A DNA stretch of 64,000 nt, from positions 500,247 to 564,246 of the forward strand of contig MU008187.1 in assembly GCA_010909165.1 (NCBI GenBank), written 5' to 3'. Source of the stretch: Anthoceros angustus (Eukaryota > Plantae > Anthocerotophyta). Each line of letters begins with the position of its first letter. Position 1 is the stretch's first letter. The notes beneath the pieces are model-generated. The model did not search any database. It had not been told where the DNA came from and worked only from the letters and a program-made list of their open reading frames with translations. This document shows positions 50,048 through 62,245 of the stretch, piece by piece. The translations under genes were made by a program, and so were the position numbers.

Positions 50048-53000
50048 TCACACGGAGGTGCTGTTGGGCACGCCTTTGCCGGTGAGGCCTTCGGCGGAGT
50101 AAGGATAGAGAAGGGTGTAGGGCACCTTCGCAGGGCCCCAGCGGTTGAGGAGAGTCTTGTCCCCGTTGCGGGCCTGGATGTTGGCGGCGATAGCTTCGAT
50201 CCCCTTGCTGAGCTTCTTGAAGGCGGCCAGCACCTGTGGGTCGGAGGTCCAGTAAGGGTCCTGGCGCTGGCCCAGGTACTCCTCGTCGGCGGCGTGGGTG
50301 GACAGGATCTCAATGGTGGTCATCACGCTAGTGGCGACAGACGGTGTGCTCACTGCCGACAGCAAGTACTTTTCTGGGTTCCACAGCAGCTCCTGGTGCT
50401 CGGGGGAGCCGGGCTCCGGCACCAGCTTCCTGGTCATGGACGGCCTGTTGGGCATGTAGCCCTCGTAGGCGAACTGGCCGAAGTTGACGGATGCGTGGTG
50501 CGGGCCTGCAATCCAGATGATGGTGGTGAGCGTGTGCGCCAGGCTCGCCACCGAGTTCAGCTTGGGCCACCAGGCCGCGCCCTTGAGGTCCCCGTGCCCC
50601 ACCTCCACCACCTCCATCCACCAGGCCTGCAGCTCAGTGTCCGACTGCACCGCCTCGTCCGAGCTCTTGTACACCAGCCCCACGTAATTGCCCACCCAGC
50701 TTTTGATCACGTCCCAGAGTTCCAGCCCGTCTTTGGCGAAGGGATAGTCCTCGATCACCAGTTGCACGCCACCCGGGTACGTGGAATCTGCCGGCTCCGC
50801 CAAACCCCTGCCCACAAGAATTGCAGCACACAGTGCACACCTCATTAGCTTGCGACGCAATGGAAGATGAATGTGGCACCATTTGCATGTCATCGTCATT
50901 CACCTGGCTATGAGGTCGTCGGGCAGAGCCTGTCTGTCGAACCTCCACTTGGCTCCGTACACCACAGCGGTCATCTCCATGCAGTATCTGCCAGGAGTGA
51001 AGTTGGTCTCGATGATGCCGTTGGCGGAAATTAGCGTCTGTCTCGCAGCTCCGTTGATGTTCATGGTGTTCCTGAAGTGGGGCAGCAGCAGAACGTGGAT
51101 AGGATGGATGGCACTCAGCTGCCGGTTGGTTGCTATGATGATGGGTTCCATCGCCGCGTGCGTCTCCAGCCTGCACGGCACCAGGATGGGTATGAGACTT
51201 GATTCAGAACCTGGCTAGGCTGTTGGGTGTGCCTGCAGGTGATAAACGTGCTGAAGGAGTGACGGATCAAGGACTTGTGAAGAATGGAATGTCCTAGTGT
51301 ACCAGTGGCTGACGAGCTGGTGGTAGCCGCAGTCGACAGTGTTGGCGTGAATCTTTGCCAGCTCCCACAAGTAGTCCTTGTCCTTTACATCCGCTGGAGG
51401 GGCAGTAAAAACTCTGCTGGACTTCTCCAGGGCCAGCTCGATGGCGATGGGCTTCAGGGTGCCCTGTTTGGTGAGGAAGAAGATGGTCCGGGGAGCATAT
51501 CCCCGGCCTTTGCCTTGTGCGTTTTGTTTCCCGATGTAGGGCAGGAAGATGTCGTGGTAGTCCACCGTGAACAGCCTCTTGCCTTCTATGGCCTGAAGAA
51601 ATGGTCCCAACCAACAGTACTAGTTAGTGACCTCAAATCTGGAGCCTTTTGTGGTTCACAGATTTGCTGTGATTTGAAGGATCTGGCCTGCATTGCCTTC
51701 TTACCTGGGCTACAGACAATCCGTCCAAGTATGGCAGAATGTGGTCATCTGTGAGGGCCGTGCCTGGACCATACACCTTGGGATCCAGAGAGCTTTTGGG
51801 GGGATATTCCTGTATGCGGAGTAATACGTGAGGCAATCATACGTGGTCTGCTTTGCTGACGAGTCACCATAGCCAGAGCTCCAGAAGGGGGAGGTAGCAG
51901 ATGAATAATTCACATTCAAGGGAGTGAGGTTTAATACTTACTCGAAGGCGCTCTATGACGAGTGGGTTCATCCCAGCCAAGGCCTGACGTGCAAATTCCT
52001 GGTCGGTGCTCCATGCTTGTTCATCAGCTGCAGGATCAAGAAAAGCACGGGAAGGAAGGAGTAAGGACGGTCACAAGTAACTCCGTAGCTTCTGGTGGTT
52101 GCAATTGTAAGCAACTCTTAAGGTCCTGGATGAAGCTGGTGAATGGGCAGCAAACCTTTGATGACGTCGGGGACAGGGAATTTGAGCAAGCTCTGGTCTC
52201 CACCATGGGGATTAAGGAAATGCGAGATGACAGTGAATGGATCTGTGAAAGCGGGGGCGTCCACCGGCACGGGCTTGATGTATCCAGACAGATCGAGACC
52301 CTCGTCGTACAGCCTCTTGATGTCGTTAAAGCTGTCAAAGTCGTCAGGGGTGCTGTCGAAGTACTTGGCTATGGCCGGCAGGATGGCGTGCCCCGTGGCC
52401 TTCCATACGTCGGCCAACAGGCTAGACGTTTTCTCCCGGCTGAAGAGCTCATCCCTCGGGAGGTAGAACTGCTTCAGCAGCAGAGCCGGCGCGTGGCTGT
52501 CCGGAGACTTCAAGTTGCTCTCCAGCTCAGGAGCTTCAGAACACAGACACACCGATTTCAACGGCCCACAATCTCGCAGCAGCTTGAGACACAAAGCCTG
52601 CAAGGGCATGATCTCTACCTCTTTTGGAAGGAGGACGGCCCGTCCTGATGCGGCGAGGGTAGTGCAGGGTGGAGCCTCCCAGAACAGGCCGGATCGTGGC
52701 CGGGTCCTTGTCGGGGTCTGACAGGTCGTTGTACACGTCGTAGTCGTAGATTCTCTCCCACGGATGCCTCTCCCCCTTGCCATCCCCCCGCTTGATCTGG
52801 AGCTCCAGCTCTCTCAAGGCCTTGATTCCCGCGGGGGTCTCGCTGGGAAGGTACGCCTGGCCAGTGAAACAACACAGCTAAACGATGACCCCACAGTCGG
52901 AGAGGAATGCAAAACTGGTAGAGTATCTGGATCATGGTAGTGGGTGTCACCTTGTTGCTGAAGAAGATGCGGTCGGATGTGTACTTGGGGGTGTTGTAGA

Positions 53001-53630
53001 TGACGGAATTGCAGTCGAATGCGACCCTGCTCTTGGCAATGTCATCCAGCTCCAGGACCACGGACCTGAGGAAGAATTCGTTGGGGTGGCGGTTCCTCAC
53101 CAGCAACGCGCCGGGCTGGCCGAAGTCGGTGGGGACGTTGAAGGTGACGGTAAAGTCATGCTCGTCCGAGGCCTCCTTCCGGACCTCGGTCGTTCTGTCC
53201 TCCAACGCCCAGTTCTTGATGATGGCCTTGTCCGTGACCTTGGCCCTGCTTGTTTCTGTGCATCACATATGTGTCATTACAGTGAGCACCATTCTCACCT
53301 TCACTAGCAGGGAAAATCAATGCTGTTCAATTTGAACAATGCAAGGAGCTCGAGTGCGAGTGGAACATGTCCTCACTCACTTGGCTCCAAGTCCACACTG
53401 ACGAGCTGAAACTCCACCTTGTGGCCAAGCCCGTCAGCGGTAATGTCCTCCACCTCCGCTTTCTTGTCCTGCAAATCCAGCACATGCTTCTTAGCCAGCA
53501 CCACGGTGGCCTTGAGCGTCACTGTGGAATGGTTAGTTTTGGAGCCCAGCCCGAAAAGGTTGGAGAAAAGGCCCGCTCCCCCTTCAGCCTGCTGCTGCTT
53601 GCCTCCACCCGGGCCTGGCAAAGCCGTCAT
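50048..53630 (-). CDS. LOX: Lipoxygenase (copy 1), short N-terminus
   Basis: PLAT domain; [12 protein letters not shown]; [11 protein letters not shown]; Fe ligands HQLVSHW/LETH and HHASVNFGQ; ends GVPNSTSV*. Confidence 0.94.
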
Positions 53631-53943
53631 CGCGGCAATTGCTCAGATCAGGTTCCGATACTAATCGAAAGAAAAATCTGACACCCAAACGATGCAAAAG
53701 CAGCTCACACACACAATGCGATAAGAACCAGAAGCCCGTGCCCTTCACGATCTGCTGCTCTTCACAGTTATACACCTACACTGAACATTCCACTGAAACA
53801 TATCACTAGAACATAACTCCTCCTTCATACGCGTGATATGACTGCCTCTTCCCTCACCGCTACTTACAGTTGCTGAGTCTTGGGATGGGCTTGAGTGACT
53901 GTCAACTTGAAGTAGATTGCCCAACAAGCCAGATATTTACAAG

Positions 53944-54038
53944 AGGAACTGCAGCTGCTCTAAGCCTCAGGAACTGCAGCTGCTCTAAGCCTCAGGAACT
54001 GCAGCGGCTCTAAGCTTCAGGAACTGCAGCTTCTCTAA
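53944..54038. repeat. 25-bp minisatellite AGGAACTGCAGCTGCTCTAAGCCTC, about 4 copies, upstream of LOX copy 1
   Basis: Units start at 53944, 53969, 53994 and 54019. Confidence 0.95.
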
Positions 54039-54258
54039 AGACTCTGCGTCCACATTGGAATGATGTGAGGAAAAGCTAATATACATACGTACGTAAGTAC
54101 CCAGCTGCTTCAACGTGCTACCTAAAACGCCACACGGCGGACGAGCCAATCCACACAGAAATTCAGCTCGGAGTACATGTTAACAGAACATAAAACGGCC
54201 TTATCTGTCCATAGGAAACGAAGGTGTCGGAGGGAAAGAAGAAGGGGAAGGCGGGAGC

Positions 54259-57200
54259 TCAGATGGAGATGCTGTTGGGCACTCCTTGGCCGGTGAGGCC
54301 ATCGGTGGAGTTGGGGTAGAGAAGGGTGTAGGCCACCTTGGAAGGGCCCCAGCGGTTGACGAGAGACCTGTCTTTGTTTCTGGCCTGGATGTTAGCGGCG
54401 AGGGCATCGATGCCCCTGCCGAGGTCCTTGAACGCGGCCAGCACCTGCGGGTCGGAGGTCCAGTTGGGGTCCTGGCGCTGGCCCACGTATTCCTCGTCTT
54501 CGGCATGGGTGGACAGGATCTCGATGGTGGTCATCACGCTGGTGGCGGCGAACGGCGTGCTCACCACCGACAGCAGGTACTTCTCGGGGTTGCTCAGCAG
54601 CGTCTTGTGCTCCTCGGAGCCCACCTCGGGTATCAGCTTCCTGGTCTGAGACGGCCTGTTGGGCATGTAGCCCGCGTAGCTGAACTGGCCGAAGTTGACG
54701 GATGCGTGGTGCGGGCCTGCGATCCAGATGATGGTGGCCAGGGTCTGCGTCAGGCTCTGTAGCGAGTCCAGCTTGGGCCACCAGGCCGCGCCCTTGTGGT
54801 CCCCGTGCCCGACTTCCACCACCTCCTTCCACCAGGCTTGCAGCTCTGTGTCCGCCTGCACCGCCGCGTCCGAGTTCTTGTACGCCAGCCCCACGTACTT
54901 GCCCACCCAGGACTTGATCACGTCCCAGAGTTCCAGCCCGTCTTTGGCGAAGGGGTAGTCCTCGATCACCAGCTTCACGCCCCCCGGGTAACTGGAGTCT
55001 GCTGGCTCCGCCACGCCCCTGCCCACAAACATTGCAGCACACAGAGCTCACCCCATCAGCTTGGATGCAGTGGAACTGTTGGAGGAAGAACGCCACAAAA
55101 TCATCGTCTGTTGGCCAGGATGAATGACACCATATGTCAGCGAGGTTTACCTGGCTATGAGGTCGTTGGGTAGGGCTTGTGTGTCGAACCTCCACTTGGC
55201 TCCGTACACCACAGCGCTCATCTCCATGGAGTAAATGCCAGGAGTGAAAGTCTGCTCGATGATGCCGTTGGAGTTGATGAGTGCCTGCCTCGCAGCTCCG
55301 TTGATGTTCATGGTGTTCCTGAAGTGGGGCAGCAGCAGGATGTGGATGGGGTGGATGGCACTCAGCTGCCGGTGGGTTGCTATGATGATGGGTTCCATCA
55401 CTGCGTGCGTCTCCAGCCTGCACAGCAAAGGCATGGGCATGAGACTAGATTCGGAACCTGGCTACGGCTGTTGGGTGTGCCTGCAGGTGATAAACTTGAT
55501 GAAGGAAGAAAGGATGAGTGCACGTTTGTATGGAATGCAGTGTTGTACTGCTAGTGTACCAGTGGCTGACGAGCTCGTGGTAGCCGAAGTCGACAGTGTT
55601 GGCGTGGATCTTTGCCAGCTCCCACAAGTAGTCCTTGTCCTTTGCATCCGCTGCAGGGGCAGTAAATACTCTCCTAGACTTCTCTAAAGCCAGCTCGATG
55701 GCGATGGGCTTCAGGGTGCCCTGGCTGGTGAGGAAGAAAATGGTCCGGGGAGCATATCCCAGGCCTTTACCTAGTGCGTTCTGCTTCCCGATGTATGGCA
55801 GGAAGATATCATGGTAGTCCACCGTGAACAGCTTCTTGCCTTCTATGGCCTGAACGAAGGGTTCAAACAAACAGTACCAGTGAGCTGAGATGAAAGGTTG
55901 GTCAAGTGTGGTTTAGGATTGTGTCCTCGCTTGCGTGCTTACCTGGGCTACAGACAATCCCTCCAAGTACGGGAGAATGTGCTCGTTTGTGAGGGCCGTG
56001 CCTGGACCATACACGTTGGGATCCAGAGAGCTCTTGGGTGGATATTCCTGCATACCAAGCAAATGTATGTGAGCTGCAATCCGTACATGGTCTGCTTCGA
56101 GCTAGCATGAGCCACCATAGCCAGAAGATATCTGGCAATCATGGAGGTTGCCAAGCGCGTGAGCTTTAGTACTCACTAGGACGCGCTGGATGACGATTGG
56201 GTTGAGCCCGGCCAAGGCCTGACGTGCGAATTCCTGGTCAGTGCTCCATGCTTGTTCATCAACTGCGCGAACACAAGCACAGGAAGGAAGGAAGGTTGTA
56301 GTTTTCTGCCAATGGCAAAACAACGTAACTCCACTGTTACCAGGACTAAGATCGTAGTGAGCAGCAAACCTTTGATGACATCGGGGACAGGATACTTGAG
56401 CAGGCTCTGGTTGTCGCCATCGCTGTTAAAGAACTGCGCGATTAGCGTGAATGGATTGGTGAAAGCGGGAGCGTTGTCCGGCACTTCGAGGAAGCATCCA
56501 GTGAGGTTGAGACCCTCGTCATACAGCTTCTTGATGTCCTTGAACGTGTCGAAGTCGTTGGGGGTGCTATCGAAGTAGTTGGTTATGGCAGGCAGGATGG
56601 CGTGCGCCGCGGCCTTCACAGCATCCGCCAACACGCTCGACGTTTTCTCCCGGCTGAAGATCTCATCCCTCGGGATGTAGAACTGCTCCAGCAGCAGAGA
56701 CCCCACGTTGCTCTCCAGTTGAGGGGCTTCACCACACAGCCGCACAGATTTCAATCGCCCACAATCCAGCATCACCTCAAACAAAAATCAGAAGCTTCTA
56801 CAGGCCTGATGTCTACCGGTTTTGGAGGGAGGACGGCCGGTCCTGATGCGGCGAGGATAGGACAGGGTGGAGCCTCCCAGAACAGGCCGGATCGTGGCGG
56901 GGTCGGCGTCGGGATTGGACAGGTCGTTGTACACGTCGTAGTCGTAGATTCTCTCCCACGGCTCCCTTTCTCCCTTGCCATCTCCACGCTTGACCTTGAG
57001 CTCCAGCTCTCTCAAGGCCTTGATTCCTGCGGGGGTTTCGCTCGGGAGATAGGCCTGGCACACGCATTACAGAATTGCTGTCGTGAACGCTGATGAATGA
57101 GCTATGATGAGTGCAACTCAGACAATCTGGATGGTCGTGGGTGTCACCTTGTTGCTGAAGAAGACGCGGTCGGTTGTGTACTTGGCGGAGTTGAAGATGA

Positions 57201-58022
57201 CGGAATTGCAGGGGAATGTGACCTTGCTCTTGTCCGCCAGCTCCAGCACCAGGGACCTGAGGAAGAACTCGTTGGGGTGGCCGTTCCTCACCAGGAATGC
57301 CCCGGGCACCCCGAAGTCGGTGGGGACCTTGAAGGTGACGGTAAAGGAATCCTCGTCCGTGGCCAACTCCAGGGCTTCGGGCGTGATGTCCTCCAGCCCC
57401 CAGGTCTCGATCCTGGCAGTGTCGCTGAGCTTGGTCTTGCTTGTCTCTGCGCATCACATGCATCCAATTCCAGAGCCGTCCTCAGAACAGCTCTAGGGGG
57501 GAATTCAATCCCATTTGCATTGGCAGCGGTTGCAGGAACTGTTTCCTCCGAATTCCAAAAAGCTGGAGACTAGCACCATGTCCTCACTCACTTGGGTCCA
57601 AGTCGACGCTGACGAGTTGAAATTCCACCTTCTTGCCCACCAAGTCGGCGGCCACGTCCACGGCCTCCGCCGTCTTGTTCTGCAAATCCAGCAGATTCTT
57701 CTTGGCCAGCACCACGGTGGCCTTGAGCTCCACTGTGGGAGAGGCGGTTTTGGAGCCACTTCCAAATATGTTGGACAGAATCCCGCCGATGCCCCGCACC
57801 GAGACCGGGCCTGGGCTCCTGCAGCCTCCTTGCTGCCCGCCGGCTTGCCATTCTGGCCACTTTGGGGGATCCCAGGGCCGTGCCGCTCAGCTCGGAGCAT
57901 CTGTAGCCCAGGCTGGCACAAGCTGTCGGTGACTGCCGCACTTTGCTGCAGGAATCGGTGGGGTTAACACCGATGGCTGCCGGAGCAGGAATGGATACCA
58001 CCAGCCCCGCCATGCCTGCCAT
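54259..58022 (-). CDS. LOX: Lipoxygenase (copy 2), probable plastid transit peptide separated from the LOX frame by a frameshift
   Basis: Same motifs as copy 1; ends GVPNSISI*. The LOX frame of exon 1 has no ATG downstream of an in-frame TGA. An upstream Ser/Ala/Arg-rich ORF starts MAGMAG at 58022. Confidence 0.9.
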
Positions 58023-60001
58023 TCTTGAAGATCCTCGACAGTCTGCAACTCGGTAGTTGCGTGCAGAGATTGGACACACACACTCGCACCAATCCTTGGT
58101 GCAAATGGCCGGCAGACAGCCAACCACCAGGCTCGCTCAGCTGTAATGCCTGCAAAAGCACCGTCCACATGATATGAATCCCACACCGCTAGCCCACCAA
58201 TGTCTCCATAATAACACCAACAGCAAAGCACGCAACTAGTACTCTCCATCCCACACTCCACACCACAGTGCCCACACACACTACTGCCTGTCGCACACAC
58301 ACAGCAGGCACGACGTACTGCAGGTTCAACAACCCCGAGCTCCTTTCCTTCCCCCAGACTCTTGACGCTCTGTCAGTCAGCTCACCACACCCCCAGTACC
58401 CAACTCATTCAAGATTCAGACGCTTCCAAATCTCCGGGCTCTCCCACCTGGCAAGGGCGACAGAATGAAATCTGCAAGCTCCTCCTTTGCGTTTGCGGAA
58501 AACCAAGAAATTCCTCCTTAAATGTAAAGAAGGGATGGAGGGTACCGGTGGATGAGGATGGTCTGACCCGGACCAAGTCACACAGAAACGCAAGGGAGGG
58601 TTGCGATACGCAAGAGCCAACCAACGCGAGGCGAGCCAAACTTTGTCAATCCGCAGACTCCAACTTTGAAGTTGGACACGCCTGGCGGAAACGCGGAACC
58701 TGGACGGTGTCTGTTTCGCGCATACAGTTCTAATAAAGCTTTCATGGGGGCAACAGTGCAACCGACCCCGGTCCGCACGGGCTGTTGATCGGCATCATTG
58801 CCGAGATGCACTAGCGTGCGGCACAGTCCAGCTCCATGTGGAACGGGCAAGAGAAACACTATCTTATTCAGTGTCCAGAGGAAGGTGACGAGAAATATCC
58901 GCCATCGCCATAGCACGTGGTTCAGACTTTTGGCACACAAGACTGAAAACATCCATGGCCCAGCTTGGATCCTCCTCAGCACCCGTTGCCCAAGTCTGTC
59001 CTCACATAAATATTCTTCCATATCAGAGAGGCAGGCGGTGGGCCAGCAGCAGCAACACCGGTTCTGTCTCTCTCTCTCCTCCATGAAAGGGTGCTTGGTT
59101 GACGGGGCATCCTCACAGTCACAAATCGCCCGGCAGGAGAGAAGTGGTACGGCCTTGGCCTGCGACTTGCATTATTGCTGATATTCCAATGCCAGTCTTT
59201 TCCAGCAATTCCTTCTCCTTCGAATCTCCCGTGGAAGCACCCATGAATTCACTGGAGAACGGCGATCTGCATACCTTATCTCGATCCATGGTGCATGTGC
59301 ATGTGATAATGTGATAATGTTACCTACTATTTCTTTATATTTACTTCGGGAGCCTGGATGCTTTTGGGAACCCCGCTTTCCATCGGGAGGCTTGCTTGCC
59401 TGTTTGCTTGCTTGATTGCAAGCTGCGATCCGTCTACATATATGCCTGCTGCGACAGTAGCAGTGCAATCAGTTTGTGGAACTTTCACAACGTCCGAGCG
59501 GCGAGCCCGCGACGCCTTTACAGGTGCCTGGTTCATAATTTCATCGGCAGCATTTCAAAAGGTGCAGTGTGGGACGAGCTAGCCTTACAGGTGTTTGCAC
59601 GCGTGATGCAAAAATGCGGCAGGTGTGGCGTCCAGCCACCGCTGGGCCTGTCAGCAAGGAAGCGACTGAAAGCAAGCCCAGCTACGTATGTACATGGTGA
59701 TAGCGCCTTTTGCTTTGCAGCCTCCCTGCACGCATATCACGAACATCCCGGCCTACTGGCTACTCAACAATACAGAAAAGAACTGGTTCTGTCTCATTTA
59801 AAATTATCGATTCACCTACTTCTAGTCCAATCGACTTCTCCATGCGAACCTACGTCTTTCAATTTTTTGGTACCGAATCGGGAGGCTTTATATCAAATGC
59901 CAATATGCAAATGTGCCTCGTGACCGACGTACCTCTTGTGGACCCCGGTAGGCGTTCCACGGGTTTATTATAGATACCAGAATGTTTTATGTACATAGTA
60001 A

Positions 60002-60039
60002 TTAACGGGCGGCCGGACACCCCGACGGCCGCCCGTTAA
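60002..60039. repeat. Perfect inverted repeat with 14-bp arms and a 10-bp spacer
   Basis: TTAACGGGCGGCCG-gacaccccga-CGGCCGCCCGTTAA. Confidence 0.95.
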
Positions 60040-60060
60040 CTCACGTACGGTGCCGAGTTT

Positions 60061-60275
60061 CGGAACGGAGGCGCAAAGACTTAACTTTAGGCCGAGAGCC
60101 CAGGCTGAGTTTGAGTCTTTCTCTTGGTGGTAAATTAATTTTGATTTAATTTCAGTTGTAGTGACTCGGAACGGAGGCGCAAAAACGCAACTTTAGGCCG
60201 AGAGCCCATGCTATGGAGTTTGAGTCTTTCTCTTGGTGGTAAATTAATTTTGATTTAATTTCAGTTATAGTGACT
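60061..60275. repeat. Tandem duplication of a ~106-109 bp unit
   Basis: CGGAACGGAGGCGCAAA...TTTCAGTT(G/A)TAGTGACT at 60061-60166 and 60167-60275. Confidence 0.92.
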
Positions 60276-60689
60276 GGAAATGCGGGCTGGCTAGGCTGTC
60301 TTGATAGGGTTGCGCGGCCGCCTGCGGTTTGTGCAAGGCCCTGCTATTACAGTGTGTCGCCGCAGGGTTTAGCACACTACCATCATGAGGTGTGGCGGCG
60401 GCTGGGAATGCAGTGTCTTTGCGCACCATCACGAGTGTGTCAAAATGATTGAGGTGTGGTGGACTGGCGGGGTTTTGCGAGCACTTCCATCTTGGAGGTC
60501 TTGGAGGTGGCCGGGAAGGGCCCTTTGGAGTACAGGACTAACTTTCATGCATATCCCATATAGAAAGTAATTACAAATGATGGCTTCCTCATGCTTGGAT
60601 AGGTTGATTGTGCTTTAGAGACTATTTCTGATCCCAAATTTACGCGGGCAGTGGAGAACCTCAAAATTTCTAGTGAGAGTGATCAAGAG

Positions 60690-62245
60690 GATTTTTCCTT
60701 TCGGTTGAGATGAAGCAAATGAGTCGGGGTGCCAATCCTTATAAACGACAAGATAGTTGGGCAAGAGGGAGGTTGGCTACTTTTATGAAAGCAGCAGGTG
60801 TTCCCCAGTGGGATACACCTTTGGAAGACATTCCATTATTGAGGTTAAACCAGGTCCTGATATTTTTTTCACCAAGTCAGAAATCGGAACAACAAGAAAA
60901 GGTTTCCTCCAAACACGTAAGTGTAGATAATTGTCTACTTTTGATTTATTTGCTTTCTCCTTGCTCGTTAGTTCTATTCAAAGTGTTTGGAATTTACTGA
61001 CCAGGATTTTCTCTTGTGTAGGTTGACGCCACTCTTTCGCGCTTTTAATAAAATTCTGACTAGGAAATGTGTTTTAGAACATAGTCAATCAGGCCAACCT
61101 CTCCCTGTAGTAGATTTGTCTCATGGGATTTTCTTACCAGCCAAGAATCCTCTCATTTCTTTTATGGCTTTAAGTCAAGATGCTCGGATTATTTCGGTCA
61201 AGAAGGAAACCAAGATTATTATTGATGCAGAGGAGTTCTTAATTCTTGCTTATCCTGATCACCAATGTCATTTTGGAAGAGCTACACAGAAGAGGTGTGC
61301 CTTCTACTGCATGGGGAGGTTCGACATCCGAGGAGGCGAGGAACTCTACAACGTGATGGTCGTTGATTTCCTCTTTGGGAAAGACTTTGCTAGAAATTTC
61401 ATTGAGTAAGATTTTAATTATATTTATTCCGATCTAAGGTCTAAGGTGATTAGGTCAATCTCAGAACTTAGGTGAGTCTTAGATCTTAGGTCTGTCTTAA
61501 GTCTAAGGGAGGATCCTAGGTCTTAGGTCTTATGTTACTCAGGCTTAGTTTACATTAATTGTGCTTGTTTAGTCTTTGATTTGTTCAGTTTTATGGTTCT
61601 GTACATTTTTATGTTATGGTTATGGACTAATATTATGTGTGCTGGCAGATATGAAGAAAGGACATCAAAGAATTATAAATTATTATTCGAGCAGCACAGA
61701 GTGGCCTGATAAGGATTATAATAAAAGCACTCAAGGGTTTTTGTTTAACTATGTGAAAACCCACGCAGAAATGTGAGTTTTTTGTTCCTTGGTTCTGTTT
61801 GGTTTGTGAATTCTTTAATCTCTTTTATGTGACTGAGGCCTGGTATTCAAAGTCTAGGGTATCCTACGGGATGCTGAACAAGTTCCTGAAAGCAATGATG
61901 ACAGCTATAGGCATGAAAGGTCACTATACAAACAAAAGCTGTAGAGCAACTCTTATAACCCACATGCTAATGGCTGGCAGTGGCCAGTTGAGTAATCAAG
62001 CAGTATGGATGGAGATTACTGTGATGGTATTATTATTTTAAATGTAAGTTTTTTGCAGTTGATAGTAGGAAGGATTCTAGTGTGCTTAGTTTTGGCAATT
62101 ACGACTAGACAAAATATGCACAATCTGTAGCTGCAATGAGAGTGCTTGAGCCAAGCCAGATAAAAACGTATGAGCAGCTATTTTTTGAAGAAGTTACTCG
62201 ACTTAGAGATAATGTCCAAGGTGTTATCCAAGCAACTGTTGTTTC
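60690..62245 (+). mobile_element. Intron-containing tyrosine recombinase of Crypton/DUF3504 type, disrupted
   Basis: Spliced reconstruction (with homopolymer frameshifts): ...DSWARGRLATF...LEDIPLLRLNQVLIFFHQVRNRNNKKRFPPNT/LTPLFRAFNKIL...YCMGRFDIRGGEELYNV...IE/YEERTSKNY.../AWYSKSRVSYGMLNKFLKAMMTAIGMKGHYTNKSCRATLITHMLMAG.../KDSSVLSFGNYD*TKYAQ. Confidence 0.78.

Noticed and set aside
60002-60039. Helitron 3' terminal hairpin
   Set aside because: No CTRR terminus at the expected distance on either strand; retained only as a candidate recombinase site.
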